Assembly: GCA_964199315.1 (NCBI GenBank) | Contig: OZ116712.1 | Span: 3,410,001-3,474,000, forward strand | Origin: Orbicella franksi | Lineage: Eukaryota | Direction: 5' to 3' | DNA length: 64,000 bases | Shown: positions 26,601-38,600 of the stretch, piece by piece | Layout: every line of letters begins with the position of its first letter | How positions within the stretch are numbered: position 1 is the first letter of the stretch | The notes under the pieces: generated by a model | What the model saw: only the letters and a program-made list of their open reading frames with translations | Databases searched by the model: none | What the model was told of the DNA's origin: nothing | Made by a program: the position numbers and the translations under genes

Positions 26601-29600
26601 TCGTTCTTCAACAGCATTTTCCTTAAGTACCATTGTACTTCGGGCGAGGGTTTGGCGGTAACCGAAACTTCAAACACCGCTTCATCGCCCTCTACAATTT
26701 CCACATCCTCCATCCTTGTCTTAAACTCCGGTTTACTCGCGGATTCACTTACAACAAGCCGTGTTCTGCATGAAGCTGTTCCAATCTTGTTCTTGGCTGT
26801 GCACTGGTATTCCCCACTGTCTTCAGGTCTGACGTCCGAGATAACAAGAGAACACAGCTCTCCATCAGACTCCATTTGAACCCTTCGACTTTCGTCTATA
26901 GGTCGGCCATTCTTGGTCCATTCAATGTTCGGTTTAGCTGTTGCATTTAGACGACATTTTAGTGTCGCTGTACCGCCAACAGTAGCTTGTGTTTCCTCTA
27001 AAGGTTGAGTGAATTTTGGTGCAGGTTTCTTGCCTACAAAATAAATAAAAATTCTGTCTTCAGATTTGTGTTTTTCTTTTAAAAGGAAGGTAAGTCATTG
27101 GGTCTAGTAGCCCACAACTACAAGAACTCTGTTTCGCTTTCTGTAGCACGATGAACCTTAAGAGTATCACCTCCCTCCTGATAAACCCTTCATCCATCGT
27201 AGGTCGACATTTTTGTCCGTGATTTAATTCACAAATACTCATTCAAACCACCTGAGTACCGTGGGAAAAGTACTTTGCCAAACAACAAGAGATAAGGACA
27301 GAGACGTGAGACCAGGTTCTCAAACCTCTCCTAATTTACGATACATCGCAAATATCTTTTACTCAACAAAGAGCAATTGCATGTGAACAAGCTAATCAAG
27401 CAGGGCATTAAAACTCTCGTCAACACAAGACAAACAGAAGATAACTTACCTTCGATATTAACTTGGAAGGTCTTTGTCGTTGTACCTGCAGCACTCTTTG
27501 CAACACACTTGTAAACTCCCGAGTCTTCAGGGACAACAGAAAAGATTGTAACACCAAATTTATTTCCTCGAGCTGATAAGTTCACGCGACTAGTTCTTTT
27601 TAACAGTCTATCATCCTTGTACCATTCCACGTCTGGTCTCGGATTCCCTTGAATAGTAACATTAATCTTAAGTTCGTCGCCTTCGTTAATCTCTATGGGT
27701 AAATCGCCGTATTCATCGGAGAACTCTGGCGCAATTTGTCTCTCTTTTACTTCAAGTCGAGCAGAACACTGCATTCTTCCAGCCTCGTTTGCCGCTACGC
27801 ACTTGTAGCTTCCGAAGTCATCCATCGACACATTCTCAATTAACAGTGAATGTGAATCTCCGTCGTCGGACTGTACCGTTTTAAACCTACCTCCGTCAGT
27901 GATAACTTTTCCACCCTTTGACCATTCAGTTACAGGTTTTGGGTTACCCAACACCTGGACATCAAAGCGCGCCGTATCGCCCTCGATAACTTCAATGTGT
28001 TTCATCTTCTCTTTAAACTCCGGCATGACAATGGCTTCATTTACAAGAAGCTCTGCTGAACAAGAGGCAGTACCATGTTCATTTGTCGCCACACATTTAT
28101 ACTCGCCTTCGTCGTCAGCAACAGTGTCAGAAATTGTCAGTCTGCAGACTTCAGAGTCGAAATAAGTCTTGATTCGCTTGCTTGATTTCACGGGTTCATC
28201 GTCCTTAAACCATTCAATGCTAGGCTCTGGTTTTCCATGAACCCAACATTCTAACTTGGCTGCGCTACCTTCAACTACTTCTACTTTCCTGAGAGGCTTG
28301 AAAAACTCTGGTGCCGTTCCTTTAGGTTTCTTAGCTGTTTTAAAGAGGAGAACACATAACGCAATTGACGTAAATTATCTTCTATCTGGCCAAACTCCAG
28401 ACAACGCAGGATGAATCAGGAACAGTATTATGTAACTAAGAATAAACAGAGCCACATGGTACCCACACGCTATATAGCCTACGATGTACGGTTATTAAAC
28501 GAAAATAATTTCCCGAGTCTTGCAACACTTCCAGAAAGAAACATCAGTATGTCAAAAGCATTTAGTCAGGAAATTCAAAATTACAAAATCGCCATGGCAA
28601 CGTTTGGCGCGAAATTTCTCGATACAATAAAAAAGCGAAAAGCCCGCGATTGTGAGCGTTATTTGTCACCAATGATATTGAAAGGTAATCAAATGGTATA
28701 CTCGAAAAATAAGGAGATAATTTCACTAACGTTTTGTCAAGAGTTTAAAAGTTACAAGAATTTTGACAAAACGCGCGTGAAATTATTTCCTTCTTTCACT
28801 CGTCAACATTTGATTATCCAACCAATTTGAAAAAGGCTCTCTTACGTTCAAACTACATAAGTCTCTTCTCTTGCTTACCTTCTATTTCAATCGTAAACGT
28901 CCGCGTTGCTGATCCCATTTTACTTTTCGCCTCGCACTTGTACACTCCAGAATCAGCCGGTTTGGCGCTATAAATTAGAAGTGTGTATTTATCTCCTTTA
29001 ACCAGTGTGGTAATATTCGACGACTTTCTCACATTAAGTTCATCTTTGTACCACTGGACATCTGGAGCAGGTTTTCCTCGAATTGTGACCTCTAAAGAAA
29101 CCTCGTCTCCTTCTTTAAATTTTATAGGAGCTTCACTGAGTTCATCAGTAAATTCTGGAGTTGTTAGTTTTTCATTAACGTCTAATTCTCCACGGCAGGT
29201 TGCTTTTCCTGCCTCGTTAGAAGCAACACATTTGTAAGTCCCAGCATCGTCTAAAGTTGTTTCATCGATAATCAAAGAGTGTTGTTCATCTCCTTCCCCA
29301 GTTTTAACCGTAAATCTTCCTTCGTTTTTGATTGCTTGAGTTCCACGGAACCATGCGATGTTTGGCTCGGGATTTCCAGAGACTCGCACATCAAACTGAG
29401 CTGGCTCGCCTTCGCTGACTTGCATACTTTTCAGTTTTTCTTTAAATTCCGGCGCCACAATGGGTTTAGTTACGAGAAGTTCTCCTTGAGTAGACGCTGA
29501 TCCGAGATCGTTTTTAACCACACATTTGTAGTCTCCACTGTCATCTGTGTTCGTTTCAGTGAATGACAGCTGGCACATGTCGCCTATGATATCAGCTTTG

Positions 29601-32600
29601 ATCCTTCGACTAAGCTGAACTGGTGTTCCGTTTTTAAACCATTCTGCTGTTGGTTCGGGCGTGCCCGTCATGCGACATTTTAATCTCACAGGGTTACCCT
29701 CCACAACCTCTATTGCCTTTAACGGCTGCGTAAACTGTGGGGCTACTCCCTTTGGTTTCTTTGCCTTTTTGCCTGAAAGAAAATTAGGTAAATTGTATTA
29801 GAGTCCTAACAGACAGATGCTAGCATGGTGAAAACTATAGATCTCAGAAGTCCTGCAACGTTGTTACTAGTACTTGCACTACTAGTGCATTTCGAGCGGT
29901 TTTCACTTGAGTATCGAAAAGTAATTGGTCTTACGTCACTTGGCTACACGATTTGCTTAAAAAACTCGCGCCACTTTTTCATCCAATCAGAAGTAAAACC
30001 AAAACCAATCGTGACTTGTTCGCTCGCGTCAGTTACAAAAAATTACTTCGTGTTTTGATTGGTTCACTGCATTGTCTGTGTCCTTTGTGATTGGCTAGAG
30101 TGATTACTTTGGTTTTCGTTTTACGACACTCAATTGAAAACCGCTGTATGCCAAACTAAATGATTTCACAACAATTATTCTGTCAGTGTTATATATCTTC
30201 CTCATTAAGTCTTCAGGTTTCTTTATCTAATTACACCTAGCACGCGCTACCTATACTACGATAATGTGTGCCCTATGTACATTTACGGACCAACTGTCCT
30301 ATTAAAGAGAGTTAATGATCTTGATTAAGATCTCCAAGAATTGACATCGGTAAAGGTACTCCTTAGCAGCGTGACATGACCCAATTAATACAGATTGATG
30401 TGACTATGACTACCACTTCTTTTTCCTTATTTACGCTACTCCCATGCTTCGTCCATTCCAAAAGGAAGCCGGCTAAACAGAAGATAAACTTGATCGCGTG
30501 ACTACGGTGAAGCACACTGCAAACATACCTTCGATGTTGACTTCAAATGTCCTTGTAACACTTCCTGCCTTGCTGCTGGCCACGCACTTGTACAAGCCAG
30601 AATCATCTGGAGTGACATTCATGAGAACAGCGGAAAACTTATCCCCTCGTGACTTGATGTCGACACGACTTGTCTTCCTCAGGGGCTTGTCATCCTTGAA
30701 CCATTCAACATCTGGGCGTGGTTTTCCCTTCACTGTCACATTGAGCGTCACCTCGCCACCTTCGACAGCAGTGATGGGGCCTGTCTCCCCCTCATCATCA
30801 AACTCAGGAGATGCCATTTCCTCTTGTAGTTTAAGCTCCGCTTTGCAGGACACTTCTCCAGCTTCGTTATTGGCTTTGCAGGTGTATGTACCAACATCGT
30901 CTGGAGCCACTTTGTCGATAACAAGTGAGAAGAGGTAATCTTCTTCATCGTCAATGAAAAGAAACTTTCCAGCGTCCTCGATTTTCTTAGTTCCTTTGAA
31001 CCACTGCAGGGTTGGACTAGGACTGCCTGACACACGCACATCAAACCTTCCCTCTTCGTCTTCAGCCACCTCAATGTCTTTCATCGCTTCGGTAAACTCT
31101 GGTTTAGTAGCAGGCTCGTTGACAAGAAGCTCCGCCGTGCAAGACGCTGATCCCAGCTCATTCTGAGCAACGCACTTATAATCTCCTTCATCGTCCAGAT
31201 CTGCCTCGGTGAAGGACAAAGAAGCAACTTCCCCATCGAAGTCGTCTTTCATCCGTTTGCTAGTTTTAAGGGGTTTGCCATCTTTGAACCATTCGATGGT
31301 TGGTTGCGGGGTTCCTTTCACTGTGCATGCAAGCTTAACTGCTGCTCCTTCAGATACCTCCACTGATTCTAGGGGCTGAATAAACTGTGGTGCAGTTCCT
31401 GTTGGTTTCTCAGCTGAGGAAAGACCGAAAAATGTGATAATCGACATCAGAAGGGAATTCATGGAAAGTCCCGTCATTTTTTAAAAGGGTGGAATCACAA
31501 CACGTAAAACAATGATTCTTCGGGAATCCATAGTCAAAGAATTCCTGTCAGTAGTTTTTAACAAATATCATAGTCTGTGCGCTCATAAAATCTACCAAAA
31601 TATGTTTTTGACCATATCTGATGTGTTGATAAGCAGACAGCAAGATTTCACAACCGTCTTTAAAGATTAACTTATTAACGGTCGTGGTAAACGTAGAAAA
31701 ATGCAAGGAAAGGCATCTACAACTCTCAGATTTCATCACTAACATCTTATTCCAGATCCCCCGTCGGCTAATACCAAGACTTCCCCAATTGAAATGAAAA
31801 TTTTCTTTTAACTAAAAAAACCCTTTGCAGAATTATTTTAAAGCCGTTTTAACCTCTGAACAATGGCGCAAAACATAGATAATTACTGTTTACATCATAC
31901 CTTGAACTCTGACATCAAATGTCCTGGTAACTGTGCCCATCTTGCTTTTAGCTTCACACTTATACACTCCGGAGTCTTCAGCCTTCACGCCAAGAATCAC
32001 CACAGAATGTTTGTCTCCACGAGCCTTGATGTCAAGTCTGTTGCTTTCACGAAGGGGTTTGTCATCCTTGTACCATTTGACATCAGGCTTGGGTTTTCCA
32101 TTGATTGTTACATCCAAGCTCACCTCTCCACCTTCGGTCACTGTTATGGGGGCATCTAACTGATCTTCAGATATTTCAGGAGCAAACAACCTCTCCTTCA
32201 CGATGAGGTCGGCTCGGCATGTGGTCTTACCTGGTCAAAAGGTTAACGATAATTAACGGTATTATTTTAAGTATCAAGCCAATAGGTGACTAAAACGGAC
32301 CCCTTAGTATTAATTCACTTTAACTAAACAAACGTCAAAGGAACAGTACTACGAAATCCAAAGGAACAAGGATGGTCAAGACTGAAGAAGATTGAGACGG
32401 ATTATAAACGATAAACCTGAAAAGATTAGAATGAACCATCCGTGACATGGCTCCTTTGCCAACATAATAAATGTAGTTGACATAATTATGTTAACATCCC
32501 CTATATGTAAGTAACAAAGATGGTAAACACTGGGAAAAACTGAGACGGATCGCGAACGAGAAACCTGGAAAGTTTAGAATGCACCATCCGTGACATCGCT

Positions 32601-35600
32601 CCTTTGCCAACATAATAAACATAACTACAAGGATGATTAAGATTGGGGAAGACTGATATGCATTACGAAAGACAAACTTCAAGAATTCAGAATATCCTTC
32701 AGCGCTTTCAGTCTCCTGCGAGAATTTCTTTAAATTACCAACAACTTAGTAAGTTGTGATCATGAGACAAGCAAACGGTTTTAACCAACCCTACGACAGA
32801 CAGTGTTTCAGTAATCAAACTCAACCCTACAACGTGTTTTAAGAAATGCCCTGTTCCTTACCTCCTTCATTTGACGCCACACACTTGTAAATCCCAGCAT
32901 CTTCCCGCTTAGCGTCACTTAATACAAGCGAATGTAGGTTGTCCTTTTGGTTCTCTTTGAACTCAGTTCGTTCATCGCTCTTCAGCTTGGTTGTTCCTCT
33001 AAACCACTCAACCTCGGGCACAGGGTACCCAGCCACCCGAGTATCAAACTGAACAGTGTCGCCCTCCATTACCTCGACCGTCTTGAGTTTATCCTTGAAG
33101 TCTGGCTTAGTTACGACCCTGATCGTCATGGAAGCAGCACAGGAAGCTGAACCTAATTCATTAGTAGCCACACACTTGTACTCTCCGTCATCGCCTGATC
33201 TTGTTTCTTTGATTGTCAATGAAACTGTTTGACCGTCACTTTCAAGTTTCACTCGTCGGTTCTCTTTTATGCGCACTCCCTTCTTGAACCACTCGATGTC
33301 AGGCTTAGGTTCGGCTACGACAGTGCACTGTAGTTTGGCCTCGCTGCCTTCTTTCACCTCCACAGGTTGAAGAGGTTCAGAAAACACTGGTGCTGTTCCG
33401 TCTGGTTTCTTAGCTGCAATTGGCAATCAAGAAAAACATGAGAAGCTGACAGACAAATGACAGGAAATAATCTTGTTGTATCGTCACAAAAACAAAATGA
33501 AGAAATCAGCCGAAGGTAACACAACGCAACTCGAGAGCAAGAAAAGCAGAAAACGGCACTGATAAATAAAAGTGACATTATCAAAATATTCTGAGCGTGA
33601 ATACAAGGTTCTATTCATTCATTTCCTGCAAGAATGATGTAACAGTAAATGTATTTATAGATTCCGTTTAGCACGAGACAAGCAAAAATAAACGAAACTT
33701 CAAATGTTAATGTTAACGTACTTGAAAAGCTCCTGTACAACGCAAGAAAGGCCTAACAACAATCATAGACCCTTCAAGCTATTCTCACAAGTATCTTTAC
33801 CTTTCACTTGCACATCGAAGGTTCTTTCTGCAACGCCTCCTTTACTGTTAGCCTGACACTTGAAAATACCGGAGTCTTCAGGGGTAGCACCCTTAATTAA
33901 AAGCGTGTGTTTACCATTCATCTCACCAACTTCCAAGCGATCACTGGCCTTGAGGTCCTTTCCGTCCTTGGACCATTCTACCTCTGGTGTTGGCTGTCCC
34001 TTGACGTTCACACATAGAGTAACATCTCCGCCTTCGTCTATGACTACAGGTGCACTCTCCTCCTCCTCAGCAAACTCTGGTGCAATGGTGATGTCCTCAA
34101 ATAGAGGCAGTGCACTTTCAGCGTCCTCAGCAATCTCGGGCGCGATAATTGTTTCTTCAACAACTAAGTTTCCCTTGCATGAAACTTCACCAAATTCATT
34201 GAAAGCAATGCACTCATACTCTCCACTGTCAGATGGTTTGGCATCTTCGATAACTAGCTCAAACAGGTCCTCCTCTATATCATCAATCAAAACAAAGCGG
34301 CCCTCGTCTTCGATTTTCTCCTTACCCTTGAGCCAGTCGACTTCTAGTGGAGGTGAACCAGTCACGCGGACATCAAACCTCGCTTCCTCTCCAGGCAAAG
34401 CACTGATGTTCTTAAGTTTCTCTGTGAATTCCGGTTTGGTTCCCGCTTCGTTGATAAGCAGCTCAGCTGTAGTCGACCCACTGCCAAATTCATTACGAGC
34501 AACACACGTATACTCACCCTCATCATCAAGCTCGCTTGGTTTGAACGTCAAAGAAGAAGACTTGCCGTCGAAGTTCATCCTGACGCGTTTAGATTCCTTC
34601 ACCTTCTCGTCATCTCTGAACCATTCAATATCTGGTTGTGGTTCTCCCTTCAGCTCACACTCTAAGCTCGCTGGTTCACCTTCCACTACTGTGATGTTTT
34701 CCAGAGGTTTGGTGATTTCTGGTGCTGTTCCTGTGGGTTTCTTTGCTGTGAAGACAGAATGTTAAGAAAACAGCACCATCATCTTGTATTTCTTTTGTCT
34801 TAACAATTAGTTCAGCACTTCAGGAAAAAAAAAATGAGTACATGTTATAAGAAAAATTGTTCAAGTTCTTAAAATAATAAAATTCTCTGGGGAGAGGGGA
34901 AGAGGTATTTTCAAACGACATTTTCAAAAGGCCACTTGCCTCACCTAGGCAGCGAGGGAGTTCATATGCTCCCTAACCTACCCTTACACGAAGTTAACAC
35001 AGTAACGAAAAAGTTAACAATTTGTAGCGTCATATTGTGTCCAACAGACATCTGAAGCGCACATTTTTTTGATCAGGAACTTGCATTTTCTTACTTGGAG
35101 TACCTTTCTAGATATTCTAACCTTAATAGTACTCCATCCCTCGGACTTCGCACTAAAATTAAAATAGCGTGAAAAAAATAGGTACACTGATTCGCATTGC
35201 AGCTTACGCGAACTGCAGCTCACCCAGGCCTCGTGTACAGCCCCCCTAACCTGTACAGACTTCCTTCAAACAATCGAAAATCATAATTTGTATCTGATTT
35301 CGGGTCTCATAGTTCAACATACACATTCCCCTCAGTGACTGCAATACACTTCTCTTAATGTTGATGATGAGAATTGTTAATGTTTCAAGAACAAAGAAGA
35401 AAGTCGCAAATTGATCCCATATGGCAATTAAAAGCACATACCTTGTACTTTGATATCAAATGTCCTGGTAACAGTGCCCATCTTGCTTTTAGCTTCACAC
35501 TTGTACACTCCGGCGTCTTCAGCCTTGATGCCAAGAATCACCACAGAATGTTTGTCTCCACGAGCCTTGATGTCAAGTCTGTTGCTCTCACGAAGGGGTT

Positions 35601-38600
35601 TGTCATCCTTGTACCATTTGACATCAGGTTTGGGTTTTCCATTGATCGTTACACTCAGGTTTACTTCATCTCCTTCAGTCACTGCAATGGGGGCTTCAGC
35701 CTGGGCTTCAGCAAACTCAGGAGCAAACAGCCTTTCTTTTACGGCAAGGTCAGTTCGGATTGTAGTCTTGCCAGCTTCATTCGCAGCCACGCATTTATAC
35801 ATTCCAGCATCTTCTCGTTTCACATCGCCAATCGCTAGAGAGAAACGATCATTTTCTTTGTCTTCTTTGATCTCAATCCGTTCATTATTAGTTAGTTTGG
35901 TTGTTCCTCTAAACCATTCTACACTAGGATCAGGATAGCCAACGACAAGCACATTAAAGGTAGCAGTGTCACCCTCCATCACATCAACCCCTTTCATTTT
36001 CTCTTTGAAGTCTGGCTTAGTTACGACCAATACTTTCAAACTAGCAGTGCACGAGGCAGAACCGAGATCATTACTGGCCACACACTTGTACTCTCCTTTA
36101 TCATCTGGCCTTGTTTCTTTAAAAGATATGGAAGCTGTAACTCCATCACTTTCAACCTTGACTCTTCTGCTCTCCTTCACTCTCACTCCATCTTTAAACC
36201 ACTCAAGCTTTGGCGCTGGCTCAGCTGTGACTGTACATTGAAGTTTGGCTGCAGTACATTCCTTCACTTCCATTGGCTGCAGAGGTTCTGTGAATTGTGG
36301 AGCAGTGCCCTCTGGCTGCTTAGCTGTAAGGATAAAAGCAGACAATAGTAACGAATTCTTAACAAAGACAGCTCTTATTAAACTCAGTGAGACATGTACC
36401 ATTGCCACTCAAGTATGATTATAATTAAATGTGTTTTTTTTCCTTGATGATACTCTTCCCATTCCCTTCATTAACCTGTCAAGTATTCAATTTTCAATAT
36501 TGGGACACAAAATCATAAAGGCAGACCACTGGAATAACTGCTGACGTTACTAAAATTAGATGACGGACAGTACCTGCAATCTGCACATCAAACACCCTCT
36601 CTAGAGAGCCTGCCTTGCTGCTGACTTTGAACTTGTACAAGCCAGAGTCACTGGGGACAGCTCCTCTTATTTTCAGTGAGTGTGTGTCCTCATTGATGCC
36701 AACATCCAAATGCTCATCCACTTGTACTGGTTTGTCGTCTTTGAGCCATTCCACTTGAGGTTCTGGCTGTCCTTTCTTCAACAGTACATTTAAATCAATG
36801 TCGCCTCCTTCTTCAGCAAGTATTGGTGCACTCTCAGCTTCTTCGGCAAACTCCGGAGCCACAAGGGTTTCTTCCACAGTCAGGTTAGCCTTACAGGACA
36901 CTTCAGCCAGCTCATTGAACGCAATGCACTCGTACTTTCCACTGTCTTCGGGCTTAACGTCTTCGATAATCAACGAGAAGCTTCCTTCCTCTTCATTGTC
37001 TAACAACGCAAATCGTCCTGCATCTTCCAATTTGTCATCTCCTTTGACCCAGTCAACTTCTGGTGGTGGCGACCCAGTTACAAGTACATCAAACCTGGCT
37101 TTCTTTCCCGCCTCGACACTCACGTTCTTCATTTTCTCCTTGAACTCCGGTTTAGCACCAGCTTCGTTCACCAGCAATTCAGCCTGGCTCGACACACTGC
37201 CAAACTCGTTACGTGCAACACACTTGTAGTCACCTTCATCATCAAGCTCAGTTTCTTTAAAATTCAAGGAGAATGTTTCATCGTCGCTCTCAGGCTTAAC
37301 ACGTTTGGACTCCTTCACCTTCTCGCTGTCTTTGAACCATTCAACAGTGGGCTTGGGTTGTCCGCTAATTTGGCATTCTATCCTGGCTGGTTTACCTTCT
37401 TCAACTTCAACTGTCTCGGCAGGTTTAATAACCTCGGGTGCCTTTCCTTCTGGACTTTTTGCTACAAAACAAAAGAACAATAAGCAACATCTAATCTCTG
37501 CAATGCCGTGGAAGAATGCGTAGCATAGGAGGCGATCCAAAAATAAGAACACGAAAAAACAAAATTGTTAACTTGATAATTTGCGTAACCAACTTCGTAT
37601 AGTTCTTTAATAACTGGAATGCTTCTCTCCATTCTTATCAGAGAACAGTCAAGTTCCAAATTGGCTGTTTCGATAGAAACTTAAAGGTACAGTCTGGACT
37701 ATCTAAAAGTGCTCTTAAATCTTTTCTAGTGTTTTTGCCCAGACTAACACTTTACTGTGTCCTTGTACAAATGAAAATCGACTTAGTTGTCAAAAAGCAA
37801 CCTACGACTGTGTTTCAAAACGGAAAATCGCGAAATACCATACCTGCTACATTGACATCAAATGTACGCGTGATAGTCCCGGCCTTGCTTGAGGCTTCAC
37901 ATTTGTATATCCCAGAATCTTCAGGGGTAACGTCCAAAATCACAAGGGAAAACTTATCACCGTTTTCATCGATCTTTATTCTGCTGGTTTTTCTCAGTTT
38001 CTTGTCATCTTTGTACCACTCCACACCCGGCACAGGCTTGCCTTTGATGCCCACACTCAAGCATACCTCATCCCCATCTGTGACGTTGACGGGAGCACTT
38101 TCCTCTTCGTCTGTAAACTCCGGCGCAATCATCTTTTCTTTCACTGCTAGAGCGGCCTTGGAACTTGCCTGTCCTTCCTCGTTGGCAGCAACGCATCTGT
38201 ACGTACCAGCATCTTCAGGCACAGTGTCCTCGATGATCAACGTAAAAATGCCCGCTTCTTCGTCGTCCATCATCACATAACGCCCTTCGTCATCCAATTT
38301 GTCCTTCCCTTTGAACCAGTCTACCACTGGAATTGGATTGCCTTCAATTGTGACGTCGAAACGTGCTGGTTCCCCCTCAGTGACATTCACGGGTTTCATC
38401 TTCTCGATGAACTCTGGTTTCTTGTTTGGCTCGTTAACGAGGAGTTCAGAAGCGCAAGACACTGTTCCGAGGTCGTTCTTCGCAACACACTTGTAAGCAC
38501 CTTCGTCTTCCAGCTCGGTTGAGAGAATCTTCAAAGTACACAACTCGCCATCAAAACGAATCTTTATTCTCTTGTCTTCCTTCACAGGTTCGCTGTCTCT

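Noticed and set aside
33860-34765. Long plus-strand ORFs overlapping Ig exons (also 35450-35938, 30498-30938, 26433-26879, 22736-23200 and others)
   Set aside because: Antisense shadows of the Ig coding frame: Ser/Leu/Phe-rich, no domain, and co-extensive with the minus-strand exons.
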